Positions 1-9,315 of a stretch of 64,000 nt of DNA are shown piece after piece (the stretch's first letter is position 1; each line of letters opens with the position of its first letter). The notes beneath the pieces were generated by a model. It made no database searches, was not told the DNA's origin, and was given only the letters and a program-made list of their open reading frames with translations. The stretch is from contig JBBIML010000009.1 of NCBI GenBank assembly GCA_037444405.1, forward strand, positions 96,001 to 160,000. Direction: 5' to 3'. Made by a program: the position numbers and the translations under genes. The stretch is from Armatimonadota bacterium. Its GTDB lineage: Bacteria > Armatimonadota > Fimbriimonadia > Fimbriimonadales > GBS-DC.

Positions 1-818
1 AGGGCGCAGGCGCCCGCGCCCGATTGCCCGCCGAAGTTGAGCTGGTGCGCTGGGATGGTCGCACGCTGGGGGAGTGGGTGTCGGCGCTGGAGGGCGCAGG
101 CGCGATCATCAATCTCACAGGCGAGAATATTGCCCGGCGATGGACGCCCGCGGTCAAGCAGCGCCTGCGCGAGAGCCGAATCGGACCCGCACAGTTGCTA
201 ACGGAAGCCCTCGCGCAGGTGCAACACCGTCCCAGCGCATTGTTGCAAGCCTCAGCAATCGGCATCTATGACCAGAATCCGAACCTTGAGCTGGACGAGA
301 ACGGCGCGTTCGGGCACGACTTCCTGGCGAATCTGGCAAAGGAGTGGGAGGCGGCGGCGCGACTTGCCGAATCGCTCGGCGTGCGCGTGTGCTGGATGCG
401 ATTCGGCGTGGTGCTTGGGCAGGGTGGCGGCATTATGCAGCGCCTGCTGACGCCGTTCCGATGGGGTCTGGGCGGTCCAATTGGCTCTGGCAAGCAGTGG
501 CTCTCATGGATTCATCTTGCTGATGTGGTGGGCGCGGTGCTGTTCCTGCTGGAGCGTGCGGACCTGTCAGGCGCGTTCAACTTCACTGCGCCGAACCCCG
601 TGACGATGGACGAGTTCGCCCGTACGCTGGGCAGGGTGCTGGATCGTCCTGCGTCGTTGCGCGTGCCCGCCTTCGCGTTGCGGCTGATTTTCGGACGCGA
701 GCTGGCGGAAACGCTGCTGATGGGTTCGCGCGTGCTGCCCCGCCGACTGCTCGCTGCAGGCTATGAGTTTCACTATCCCCATCTGGAGAGCGCGCTTAAG
801 GCGGTGATCAACCCGTGA
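1..818 (+). CDS. TIGR01777/YfcH-family NAD-dependent epimerase, 5'-truncated by window edge
   Basis: Frame open from the window edge; motifs INLTGENI, ASAIGIY, RFGVVLG, GSGKQWLSWIH, FNFTAPNPV. Confidence 0.9.
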   Translation, partial: GAGARARLPAEVELVRWDGRTLGEWVSALEGAGAIINLTGENIARRWTPAVKQRLRESRIGPAQLLTEALAQVQHRPSALLQASAIGIYDQNPNLELDENGAFGHDFLANLAKEWEAAARLAESLGVRVCWMRFGVVLGQGGGIMQRLLTPFRWGLGGPIGSGKQWLSWIHLADVVGAVLFLLERADLSGAFNFTAPNPVTMDEFARTLGRVLDRPASLRVPAFALRLIFGRELAETLLMGSRVLPRRLLAAGYEFHYPHLESALKAVINP

Positions 819-1717
819 TTCGCGCCTTCCGCTGGCAGGCGATGGGCACCGATTACGAACTCTATCTGGTGGAGCCTGATGAGCGCCATGCGGAGGCAAT
901 CGCGGGCGAGCTGCGTGAGGAGGTAAAGCGTCTGGAGCGCCAGCTCAGCCTCTATCAGCCCGATAGCGACCTGAACTATCTGAATGCGCACGCTGCCCGC
1001 GAGCCTGTGCGCGTCGAGCCGGGGCTGTTCCAGCTCCTGCAGACCTGCAAGACGCTCTGGGAACAGACGGAGGGCGCGTTTGACCCGACCGTCACCCCGC
1101 TGTTGCGCCTATGGGGTTTCGTGGATCGGTGCTATCGCGTGCCGTCGCCTGACGAGATTGCCGATGCGCTGGAGCGGGTCGGCATGGAGTGGGTGCTGCT
1201 GGACCCCGAGGGGCGATGGGTGTATTATGCCCGTGAGGGAGTGGAACTCAGTTTCGGCGCGATTGGCAAGGGCTGGGCTATCGACTCGTGCGTTCAGCGG
1301 CTGAAGCAGCTCGGCGTTCAGGCAGCGATGCTGTCGGCAGGCGGCAGCACCTTTTACGCGTTGGGCGCGCCGCCCGACGCCGACGGCTGGCGCGTCGAAA
1401 TCCCGCCTAACCAACCCCTCTCCCCCACAGGCGGGGGAGAGAGTACGGGTGAGGGGGCATCTCGAACAGCCCTCTCTTTGCGCGACCGCGCGCTCTCCAC
1501 ATCGGGCGGCAGCGAGCAGTTTTTTGAGGTGGACGGCGTCCGCTACGCGCACATCCTTGACCCGCGCACAGGCTATCCTGCGAACGCCTGCCGCAGTGTG
1601 TCGGTGAGTGCGCCGAGCGCAACGCTGAGCGACGCGCTCAGCACAGCATTCTTCGTCGGTGGACAGGATTTAATCGCCCGCTGGCGACAGCGAGATGATT
1701 CGATAGAGGCTTTTTAA
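815..1717 (+). CDS. apbE: FAD:protein FMN transferase (ApbE)
   Basis: AMGT at N-terminus, GAFDPTV, GAIGKG, STSG, HILDPRTG, DALSTA; GTGA overlap with upstream stop. Confidence 0.92.
   Translation: MIRAFRWQAMGTDYELYLVEPDERHAEAIAGELREEVKRLERQLSLYQPDSDLNYLNAHAAREPVRVEPGLFQLLQTCKTLWEQTEGAFDPTVTPLLRLWGFVDRCYRVPSPDEIADALERVGMEWVLLDPEGRWVYYAREGVELSFGAIGKGWAIDSCVQRLKQLGVQAAMLSAGGSTFYALGAPPDADGWRVEIPPNQPLSPTGGGESTGEGASRTALSLRDRALSTSGGSEQFFEVDGVRYAHILDPRTGYPANACRSVSVSAPSATLSDALSTAFFVGGQDLIARWRQRDDSIEAF
1415..1458. repeat. CCCTCTCCC-type palindromic (REP-like) repeat inside apbE
   Basis: Near-identical to the intergenic copy at 28847-28889. Confidence 0.85.
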
Positions 1718-1724
1718 AAGAGTT

Positions 1725-1755
1725 GGAGCGCGCCCCCTTTGCAGGAGCGCGCCCC
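1725..1755 (-). terminator. Probable intrinsic terminator of hsp20
   Basis: Minus-strand RNA GGGGCGCGCUCC-7nt-GGGGCGCGCUCC folds into a 12-bp stem with G-U pairs, followed by a U-rich tract. Confidence 0.6.
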
Positions 1756-1775
1756 AGCGGAGGAGGTTCAGGAAG

Positions 1776-2255
1776 TTATTTCTCGACCTGCACCTGCACG
1801 ACGCGCGGCTTCGCGCCCTCCGCCTTGGGCAGGTGAATCTCCAGAATGCCGTTGCGGTACACCGCCTTCACCTTCTTCTCGTCGATGGCGGTCGGCACGG
1901 TGTACGAGACGCTGAATTTGCCGTACCCGCCCAGGCGGCTGATGTAGTGCGCGGTGACATTCTCGCCCTCCAGCAGCGGCTTGCGCTCGCCCGACACCGT
2001 CACGGTGCCATCGGCAATCTCCACATGCAGGTCTTTCTCGCTCACGCCTGGCGCCGTGACGAACATCACGAACTCGTCGGGCGTCTCATACACATCCAGC
2101 GCAGGCGAGAACTCGAACGCCTCCGCGCGTGCAGGTCGCAGATCAAAGAAGCGATTGAACAGCTCGTCCATCTCGCGGCGGAACTGCTCCAGCTCACGGA
2201 ATGGATTCCAGGTCATCAGCGCACTCTCCGGCTCGCGTCGTACCAGCATACGCAT
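1776..2255 (-). CDS. Hsp20/alpha-crystallin small heat shock protein
   Basis: WNPFRELE, PALDVYET, A.YRNGILEIHLPK; RBS GGAGGTG. Confidence 0.95.
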   Translation of the reverse strand: MRMLVRREPESALMTWNPFRELEQFRREMDELFNRFFDLRPARAEAFEFSPALDVYETPDEFVMFVTAPGVSEKDLHVEIADGTVTVSGERKPLLEGENVTAHYISRLGGYGKFSVSYTVPTAIDEKKVKAVYRNGILEIHLPKAEGAKPRVVQVQVEK

Positions 2256-2324
2256 TGTCTGCTCACCTCCTGTGTCCGATTTGAGTATCTTATTGGAAGG
2301 TCTCCTGAGTGCCTTCCACTCACC

Positions 2325-2354
2325 TTATACGGAGAGGGGCGTCAAAAAGTTCCC
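2325..2354 (-). promoter_or_regulatory. ECF-sigma-type promoter of hsp20 (GGAAC-N17-CGTA)
   Basis: Minus strand GGGAAC TTTTTGACGCCCCTCTC CGTATAA. Confidence 0.55.
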
Positions 2355-2402
2355 GGGCGTGCGTCTGGTATACTTCCGTGCTGGCGGAAGGAGCGAAAAC
2401 GC

Positions 2403-3902
2403 ATGGAGGCATTTGGGATACCGCAGGTCGAATGGAGCGTGCTGGCGCCCCTGATGATCGTGGTGGGCACGGCGCTCGTGGTGCTGATCGGGGAGCTGTT
2501 CCTGCCGCGGGGTCAGCACGCGCCACTGATGCTGATGGGCTTGCTGGGACTGGCGCTGGCAGCCTATTTTCAGGCGGCGCTGTGGGGTTCCAGCCTCTCC
2601 ACATGGGCGGACACCGCACTCACCGACAATATCGCCACCCTGCTCAATCTGGTGATACTGGTCTCCAGTGGGCTGGTGCTGCTGTTCGCGGATGACTATT
2701 TGCGGGCGCGCAACATCCGTTATGGCGAGTTTTACCCGCTCCTGTTGTTCGCGACGGCGGGCGCGATGACCATGACCATCAGCACGAACCTGATGGTGGT
2801 TTTTCTGGGGCTGGAGGTGATGTCGCTTGCGCTCTATGTGCTGGCAGGGCTGGCGCGAGCGGAGGTGCGTTCGGAGGAGGCGGCGATCAAATATTTCCTG
2901 CTGGGCGCGTTCGCGTCGGCGTTCCTGCTGTATGGCATCGCGCTGCTGTACGGCGCGACGGGCACAGTTGACCTGCGCGAGCTGGGCGCACGCTGGCTGA
3001 CGACCGTGCCCGGCGAGAGCGCGCACGCGCTGCTGATTGCCAGCCTGGTGCTGATTCTGATCGGGCTGGGCTTCAAGGCGGCGCTTGTGCCGTTCCATAT
3101 GTGGACGCCCGATGTGTATCAGGGTGCGCCGACGGTCGCCACCGCGCTGATGGCGGCTATCTCCAAAGTGGCGGCGTTCGCCGTGCTGATGCGGCTGCTG
3201 AGCGCGGCGATGCCGATGATGACGCTCTGGGCGCCGATTCTATGGTGGCTGGCGGCGCTATCGATGGTGGTGGGCAATCTGGCAGCGTTGCTCCAGCGCG
3301 ACGCCAAGCGGATGTTAGCCTATTCCAGCATCGGGCACGCAGGCTACCTCGCGGTCGGGCTGGTGAGCATGAACGCGACGGGGCTGACAGGTGTGCTGTT
3401 CTATCTGGCGTCGTATGCGCTGATGACGATAGGCGCGTTTGGGGTGCTGTCGCTGATGGCGCGGGCGGGCGACGCCACCACCATCGACGCGCTGCGCGGG
3501 CTATCGCGCCGCCAGCCGCTGACCGCGTTCGCGATGGCAATCTTTCTGCTCGCGCTGGCGGGCATCCCGCCCACAGCGGGCTTCTGGGGCAAGTGGTATC
3601 TGTTTCTGGGCGCGCTGGAGGCGGGTCAAACGCTGCTGACGGTGCTGCTCGCGCTCACCAGCGTGGTGGGTGCGGCGTACTACCTGCGCCTGCTGCTTAG
3701 CCTCTATGCGGAGCCTGTCGATGCGCCCGCGCCCCGCTGGAGCCTGCCCCTGCCGATGGCTATCTGCCTGCTTGCCTGTATGATCGGACTGGTGGGGCTG
3801 GGCATCGTGCCGCGCCCGCTCGCCGAATCGAGCCGCCAGGCAGTCAGCCAGCTGCAGACCGTGCTGCCCGAAGGATCGCTCAAGGCGTGGGGACGCAGGT
3901 AA
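2403..3902 (+). CDS. nuoN: NADH-quinone oxidoreductase subunit N
   Basis: Polytopic membrane protein; EAAIKYFLLG, FKAALVPFHMWTPDVYQGAP, KRMLAYSSIGHAG. True start is ATG 2403, not ORF-track 1833. Confidence 0.93.
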   Translation: MEAFGIPQVEWSVLAPLMIVVGTALVVLIGELFLPRGQHAPLMLMGLLGLALAAYFQAALWGSSLSTWADTALTDNIATLLNLVILVSSGLVLLFADDYLRARNIRYGEFYPLLLFATAGAMTMTISTNLMVVFLGLEVMSLALYVLAGLARAEVRSEEAAIKYFLLGAFASAFLLYGIALLYGATGTVDLRELGARWLTTVPGESAHALLIASLVLILIGLGFKAALVPFHMWTPDVYQGAPTVATALMAAISKVAAFAVLMRLLSAAMPMMTLWAPILWWLAALSMVVGNLAALLQRDAKRMLAYSSIGHAGYLAVGLVSMNATGLTGVLFYLASYALMTIGAFGVLSLMARAGDATTIDALRGLSRRQPLTAFAMAIFLLALAGIPPTAGFWGKWYLFLGALEAGQTLLTVLLALTSVVGAAYYLRLLLSLYAEPVDAPAPRWSLPLPMAICLLACMIGLVGLGIVPRPLAESSRQAVSQLQTVLPEGSLKAWGRR

Positions 3903-3911
3903 ACTTTACCT

Positions 3912-5261
3912 ATGTTCGAAAGCCTGACTGATAAGCTGCAGGGCATTTTTGAGCGCATTCGCGGGCGCGGGCGGCTCGATGAGAAGACCGTCGACGAGGT
4001 GCTGCGCGAAATCCGCCTCGCCCTGCTCGAAGCCGATGTGAACTTCCGCGTGGTCAAGGAGTTCATCGCCCGCGTGCGCGAGAAAGCGGTCGGCGAGGAG
4101 GTGCTGAAAAGCCTCACGCCCGACCAGCAGGTGATACGAATCGTGCGCGACGAGCTGATTGCGCTGCTGGGCGGTGAGGCGGAGCCGCTCCACTGGGCGG
4201 CGCAGCCCCCGACCGTGCTGATGCTCTGCGGTCTGCAAGGCTCCGGCAAGACCACCACCGCTGCCAAGCTCGCGCGCTGGCTGCGCTCGCAGGGGCGCAA
4301 CCCGCTGCTGGTGGCTGCCGACCTGCAACGCCCCGCCGCCATCAAGCAACTGGAGGTGCTGGGTCAGCAAATCGGCACGCCCGTGTTCACCCCCGCGCAG
4401 GGCAACGCCACCGACGCCATCCAGACCGCCCAGCAAGCCGTCGCCTATGCCCGCGCGAACGGTCTCGACTGCGCCGTGCTGGACACCGCCGGACGCCTGC
4501 AAATCAACGAAGCGCTCATGCAGGAACTCCAGCGCGTCAAAGCCGCCGTTCAACCCCACGAGATTCTGCTGGTGGTCGACGCCACCACGGGTCAGGAGGC
4601 GGTGAATGTGGCGCAGGCGTTCCACGAGCAACTGGGGTTGACAGGCGTGATTCTGACCAAGATGGACGGCGACGCGCGTGGGGGCGCCGCACTCTCCATC
4701 AAAGCGGTGGTGGGCAAGCCTGTGCGATTCATCGGCACAGGCGAACGCGTCGACGCGCTCGAACCGTTCTACCCTGACCGAATCGCCAGCCGCATTCTCG
4801 GCATGGGCGATGTGCTGTCGCTGATTGAGCGCGTGGAGCAGACCATCCAGGAAGAAGAGGCACGCCAGCTGGAGAAAAAGATGCGTGAGGCGCGCCTCGA
4901 TTTCAACGACCTGCTCCAGCAGATTCGCCAGATTCAGCGCATGGGACCGTTCGAACAGCTGCTCCAGCTGCTGCCGGGCTTCTCGCAGATTAAAAGCCAG
5001 CTGGGTGAGGTGGCGGTCGATGACCGTGCGCTCAAGCGGGCGGAGGCGATTATCCTTTCGATGACGCCGCAGGAGCGTCGCCACCCGGAGATTTTAGATT
5101 ACAGTCGCAAGTTGCGGATTGCGCGGGGCAGTGGCACGCGCCTGGAGGAGGTGAGCGCGCTGGTGCGCCAGCTGATGGAGATGCGCCGCCTGATGAAGCA
5201 GTTCACGCGGCAGGAAGGGCAGCTCCGCCGCCGCAAATGGCACCCCTTCAAACGGCGCTGA
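3912..5261 (+). CDS. ffh: Signal recognition particle protein
   Basis: MFESL, GLQGSGKTT, DTAGR, TKMDGDARGG, RILGMGD, M domain. Confidence 0.98.
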   Translation: MFESLTDKLQGIFERIRGRGRLDEKTVDEVLREIRLALLEADVNFRVVKEFIARVREKAVGEEVLKSLTPDQQVIRIVRDELIALLGGEAEPLHWAAQPPTVLMLCGLQGSGKTTTAAKLARWLRSQGRNPLLVAADLQRPAAIKQLEVLGQQIGTPVFTPAQGNATDAIQTAQQAVAYARANGLDCAVLDTAGRLQINEALMQELQRVKAAVQPHEILLVVDATTGQEAVNVAQAFHEQLGLTGVILTKMDGDARGGAALSIKAVVGKPVRFIGTGERVDALEPFYPDRIASRILGMGDVLSLIERVEQTIQEEEARQLEKKMREARLDFNDLLQQIRQIQRMGPFEQLLQLLPGFSQIKSQLGEVAVDDRALKRAEAIILSMTPQERRHPEILDYSRKLRIARGSGTRLEEVSALVRQLMEMRRLMKQFTRQEGQLRRRKWHPFKRR

Positions 5262-5267
5262 GGCGCG

Positions 5268-5936
5268 CTACTCCAGCGGGATCAGGCGGATGTTGCGGAA
5301 GTGGATTTCGCCCCCTTCCGATTGGAGCGCGATTTTGCCCGGTCGCACCTCCGCGCCCCAGCCCTCGTTCACCACCTCGCCGTTCACCTTGAGTGTGATG
5401 CGGTCGCCGTTCACGATAATCTCGTACTCGTTCCATTCAGGCGCAGGCTTCTCGGCGGTCTTCTTGCGCCAGCGGTGGCGCGGCGCGTTCTTGTCGACAT
5501 ATTCGGGATCGGTCTCCAGCGGCGCGCCGTCAATCAGCCAGAAGTCGCCCGAATTCATATACATCAGCTGTGCCTCAATAGAGCGCGGCCAGATTTTATG
5601 CTCGCCATGCACGCGCAACAGCACGCCGCTGTTGCCCGGCTGCTTGCCCGGCGCCCATCGCCACTCCAGCTTCAAAATGAAGTTCGTGTAATCCTTTCGG
5701 GTGTAGATGTAGCCGGGCGGAGAGCCTTTGCAGATGAGGATGCCCTGCTCTTTGTCCACGCTCCACACATCCTCCATCTTCGCGTTCGGGTCCGCCAGAT
5801 AGTAATCCCAGCCCGACAGGTCTTTACCGTTGAAGAGTTTGATCTCTTTGCCTGCAGGTTTGGGCTGCTGCTGAAGCCCGAAGCCTGTCAGCAGACCAAT
5901 CAGCAACAGCGTGCCGATAAAGCCGTAGAGTCGCAT
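5268..5936 (-). CDS. Secreted DUF1080 (3-keto-disaccharide hydrolase-like) protein
   Basis: Signal peptide; LFNGKDLSGW, GNSGV, EWNEYEI, IALQSEG, FRNIR. Confidence 0.9.
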   Translation of the reverse strand: MRLYGFIGTLLLIGLLTGFGLQQQPKPAGKEIKLFNGKDLSGWDYYLADPNAKMEDVWSVDKEQGILICKGSPPGYIYTRKDYTNFILKLEWRWAPGKQPGNSGVLLRVHGEHKIWPRSIEAQLMYMNSGDFWLIDGAPLETDPEYVDKNAPRHRWRKKTAEKPAPEWNEYEIIVNGDRITLKVNGEVVNEGWGAEVRPGKIALQSEGGEIHFRNIRLIPLE

Positions 5937-5959
5937 CGTTTTCCCTCCTCATCAGGGGA

Positions 5960-5986
5960 TTTCGGGACGGGAGGGCAATCTCCTGC
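5960..5986 (-). promoter_or_regulatory. SigH-like promoter (GCAGGA-N17-GAAA) of DUF1080 gene
   Basis: Motif with the same spacing recurs at six other intergenic sites. Confidence 0.55.
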
Positions 5987-6025
5987 TTTCTGGTGTATAA
6001 TGACCTCTAACAGGGGGCACAGCAG

Positions 6026-6051
6026 GGAACCACTGGAGGGGATGATTCGTT
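6026..6051 (+). promoter_or_regulatory. ECF-like promoter (GGAAC-N17-CGTT)
   Basis: GCAGGGAACC...TTCGTTCC, shared with 53192-53223. Confidence 0.55.
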
Positions 6052-6076
6052 CCAGAAACCTCTGGAGGAGGGACAC

Positions 6077-7606
6077 ATGCAAAGCGAGAGCCGTTTTATC
6101 AGGCTTGGTGGGTGGCTGCTAATGAGCTTCGTCGGCAGCCTGATCGTGGCAAGGGCAGACCTGACCCCTGAATGGATTACGCGCATCGCCTCCAGCTACT
6201 CCGATAGCTTGACCAGCATGTTGGTGGATAGCGCGGGGCAGGTCTATATCGTCGGCTCCACGGGTGCTTCGAGCAATCGGAGCATCCGCGCCGCCGCGAT
6301 TAATCCCGACGGCACGGTTCGCTGGTCGAGCGTGTTGAGCAGCGGGCAGGCGGGTGGCGCAGCGCTCGGTGCTGATGGCGCCCTCTACATCGCGGGCAGT
6401 GCGCCCGGTCAGGGAGGCGCCTCCGACCTGATTCTGCTCAAATGCGACGCCAGCACGGGCAACCTGCTGCAGACCTATCGCTACAGCCGGGGCGCTGGCA
6501 TCGCCGCAAGTGGCGGGGCTGTGGCAGTGGACGCCCAGGGCAATCTCTACATCATGGGCGCCACGACGGGTGATGGCGCCGATGTACTGCTGCTCAAGCT
6601 TGACGCCAGCCTGCAGCTGCAGTGGACGCGACTCTGGGACGGTCCTGCCAGCGTGCCCTACTCGCAGGATAGCGGCGTGCAGATGCTGCTGGATCCAACG
6701 GGCAACCCTGTGCTGCTCATACGGGCAGTGATGGCGGACAACCAGCCGGATTATATGGTCGTCAAATACAGCCCCAGCGGCGCCATCCTCTGGCAGCAGA
6801 ACTGGGGCACGCGCGCGGGCGATACGCCGCTGAAGATGGTGATGGACGCCAGCGGCGACATCTATGTAACGGGATCCACCGCCCGTACGACACTGGTTTA
6901 CGGCACCATCAAACTGCGGGGCAGCGATGGACAACTGCTGTGGGAGCAAATCGATTCGCAGGCGCTTCGCGACATCGGGCGTAGCCTCGCGCTCGACGCG
7001 CAGGGCAATATCTACATCACGGGCAGCGTCGATCCCGAAGGCAACGAGAGCAACTTCAACGACAACTTCTACACCGTGAAGCGCGGGGGCGCGACGGGCA
7101 CGCCGCGCCTTTGGAGCCACCTCTACGGACAAAACTGCGTGAACTGTTTCGATGTGCCAGCCGACATCGCCGTCGACTCCGCCGGGCATGTGTTGGTGGT
7201 CGGGAGAACCAGCTCGCCGCCCTATGTGAACGACATGATTCTGCTCGTGCTGAACGCGCAGACGGGTCAGGAGCAGGATCGCGGCGTGGTGGATAGCGGC
7301 AGTGCCATCTGGGGCGTGGAACCCGGCATCCTGCGGCTGGACAGCCGCGAAAACATCTATGTGGGCGCCGTGTTCAGGAACCTGAACACCGAAGTGCGGG
7401 AGCTGACCGTCATCAAATATCGCTCCCTGACGCGCCCACAGGGCGATGTGAACGGTGATGGCTGTGTGGACGATGCGGACCTGTTAGCCGTGCTGTTCGC
7501 GTTCGGGCAGTCGGGCAGCGGCTTGCCCGAAGATGTGAATGGCGACGGTGTGGTGGACGACGCCGACCTGCTGATTGTGCTGTTCAACTTTGGAAACGGA
7601 TGTTAA
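6077..7606 (+). CDS. Secreted SBBP-like beta-propeller protein with C-terminal dockerin-like tag
   Basis: Signal peptide; repeated (V/L)D.xGNIYxTG blades; tag at 7442-7606. Confidence 0.85.
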   Translation: MQSESRFIRLGGWLLMSFVGSLIVARADLTPEWITRIASSYSDSLTSMLVDSAGQVYIVGSTGASSNRSIRAAAINPDGTVRWSSVLSSGQAGGAALGADGALYIAGSAPGQGGASDLILLKCDASTGNLLQTYRYSRGAGIAASGGAVAVDAQGNLYIMGATTGDGADVLLLKLDASLQLQWTRLWDGPASVPYSQDSGVQMLLDPTGNPVLLIRAVMADNQPDYMVVKYSPSGAILWQQNWGTRAGDTPLKMVMDASGDIYVTGSTARTTLVYGTIKLRGSDGQLLWEQIDSQALRDIGRSLALDAQGNIYITGSVDPEGNESNFNDNFYTVKRGGATGTPRLWSHLYGQNCVNCFDVPADIAVDSAGHVLVVGRTSSPPYVNDMILLVLNAQTGQEQDRGVVDSGSAIWGVEPGILRLDSRENIYVGAVFRNLNTEVRELTVIKYRSLTRPQGDVNGDGCVDDADLLAVLFAFGQSGSGLPEDVNGDGVVDDADLLIVLFNFGNGC

Positions 7607-7623
7607 GAAGGAGGTGCAATTCC

Positions 7624-9315
7624 ATGCGTACTCGCTGGTTTTGGGCATACTGGAAACGCGCGGGCTTCGAACGGTGGTGGAGCCTGATCGCGTATCTGTT
7701 GCTGTGCTGGTCGTCGGGGCTGGCTCAGCCGCTGATTCAGTCGCTTTCCGCCACGAGCCTGCCCCGCAGTGGGCGGCTGCGCATCTTCGGTACGGGGTTC
7801 GGAGCGCCCTCGTCCAGCAGCTTCGTGACGATTGGCGGCGTGCGCTGCTGGACGACGCGCTGGACAAATACCGCCATCACCGCCTATGTGCCCGAATCGC
7901 TCGCGCTGGGCAGCCATCCCGTGCAGGTGGTGACGCCCGCAGGCGCGAGCAATACGGTGCCTCTGCAGGTTACGGCGCGCACACCGCAGGGGCGCGTGCT
8001 GTGGCGCTTTCAGGCGGATGCGGACTATATTTATCACCGTCCCGCTGTGGGACCCGATGGCACGATTGTGGTTCACGACTCGCGCGGCTATGTCTACGCG
8101 CTCAGCCCCGATGGGGGCTTGAAATGGGTTTTCGCCGCAGGCATCCCCTACGGACCGCCCTCCATCGGCAGCGACGGCACGGTCTATGTGGGCACGGGGC
8201 GCACCGTTAAGGCGATCAACGGCGCAACGGGCACACTCCGCTGGCAGTTCACGGACGACACATCGGGCGCGCTCTGGATTATTGCCGGTCCGACGGTGGG
8301 TCCTGACGGGAATATCTACGCGGTGACCAATACCTCCACATCGGGCGGCGGGCGGGGTGTCTTCTCGCTCACGCCCGCAGGGCAACTCCGCTGGAGCGCA
8401 CGCGGCAACCCGAATGTGTTTGACTATGGCTCTCTGGGCGTTGAAATCGTGTTTGGTGCCTCTCAATCGGGACGCCAGTCGGACCAGCTCTATGTGGCGT
8501 TCGATGAGCAGGCGGTGGCGATGCCGTCCCTGTTCGCCTTTCGGATGACAGGCGGGCAACGATGGTCGGTTACCACAGGCGGGCAGAGCCAGAGCGTGTT
8601 CTCGCAACCACAGTGCCAGCCCGCAGTGGGACCCGATGGCACCATCTATCTCACAACCTTTTCGTCGTCAGCCGGTCATCAGTTGCAGGCGGTGAACCCT
8701 TCGAACGGCTCGTTCCGCTGGGTCGCCACCCTCGATCCGGGCAACGATGTATCCGCGCCCGATGTGGGTGTGGACGGCACCATCTATGTGGCGCACGCGC
8801 TGAGCTATTTGAGCGCGTATGCGCCCAACGGCACGCGCCGATGGCGGATTTTCGATGGGGGCGTTTTGAGGTACCCCATCGTCAGCCCGAGCAATCGCGT
8901 GCTGGTGGCGGGACAGCAACCTCAGCTGGGCATGCCAGGCGTGGCGCGCGGGTATAACCCCAGCAACGGGCAGCTGCTCTGGGAGGTGCTGCTGGGCAGC
9001 GAAAACGGCGGCAATCAGGTGCTGTTCTCGCGCCCGCGCTTCTCCCAGGACGGGCGCATCGTCTACTTCGGGACCACTATCCTGGGGCAGAACAGCCAGG
9101 AGCCGTATTGCTATCTGTATGCCGTTTATGCGGACCCTTCCTGGCAGGAAGGCGATGTGAACGGTGATGGCTGTGTGGACGATGCGGACTTGTTAGCCGT
9201 GCTGTTCGCGTTCGGGCAGTCGGGCAGCGGCTTGCCCGAAGATGTGAACGGCGACGGTATGGTGGACGACGCCGACCTGCTGATTGTGCTGTTCAACTTC
9301 GGAGGTGGGTGTTAG
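7624..9315 (+). CDS. Secreted IPT/TIG + PQQ-like beta-propeller protein with C-terminal dockerin-like tag
   Basis: RBS AGGAGGT then ATG 7624; IFGTGFG...WTNTAITAYVP (IPT/TIG); PAVGPDGTIY repeats; tag at 9151-9315. Confidence 0.85.
   Translation: MRTRWFWAYWKRAGFERWWSLIAYLLLCWSSGLAQPLIQSLSATSLPRSGRLRIFGTGFGAPSSSSFVTIGGVRCWTTRWTNTAITAYVPESLALGSHPVQVVTPAGASNTVPLQVTARTPQGRVLWRFQADADYIYHRPAVGPDGTIVVHDSRGYVYALSPDGGLKWVFAAGIPYGPPSIGSDGTVYVGTGRTVKAINGATGTLRWQFTDDTSGALWIIAGPTVGPDGNIYAVTNTSTSGGGRGVFSLTPAGQLRWSARGNPNVFDYGSLGVEIVFGASQSGRQSDQLYVAFDEQAVAMPSLFAFRMTGGQRWSVTTGGQSQSVFSQPQCQPAVGPDGTIYLTTFSSSAGHQLQAVNPSNGSFRWVATLDPGNDVSAPDVGVDGTIYVAHALSYLSAYAPNGTRRWRIFDGGVLRYPIVSPSNRVLVAGQQPQLGMPGVARGYNPSNGQLLWEVLLGSENGGNQVLFSRPRFSQDGRIVYFGTTILGQNSQEPYCYLYAVYADPSWQEGDVNGDGCVDDADLLAVLFAFGQSGSGLPEDVNGDGMVDDADLLIVLFNFGGGC

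Noticed and set aside
2290..2322. CIRCE element upstream of hsp20
   Set aside because: Only a GGCACTC half-site is present; there is no matching arm at 9-nt spacing.
1833..2402. 190-aa N-terminal extension of the nuoN ORF
   Set aside because: It is the antisense shadow of hsp20 plus intergenic DNA; RBS and -10 support ATG 2403.
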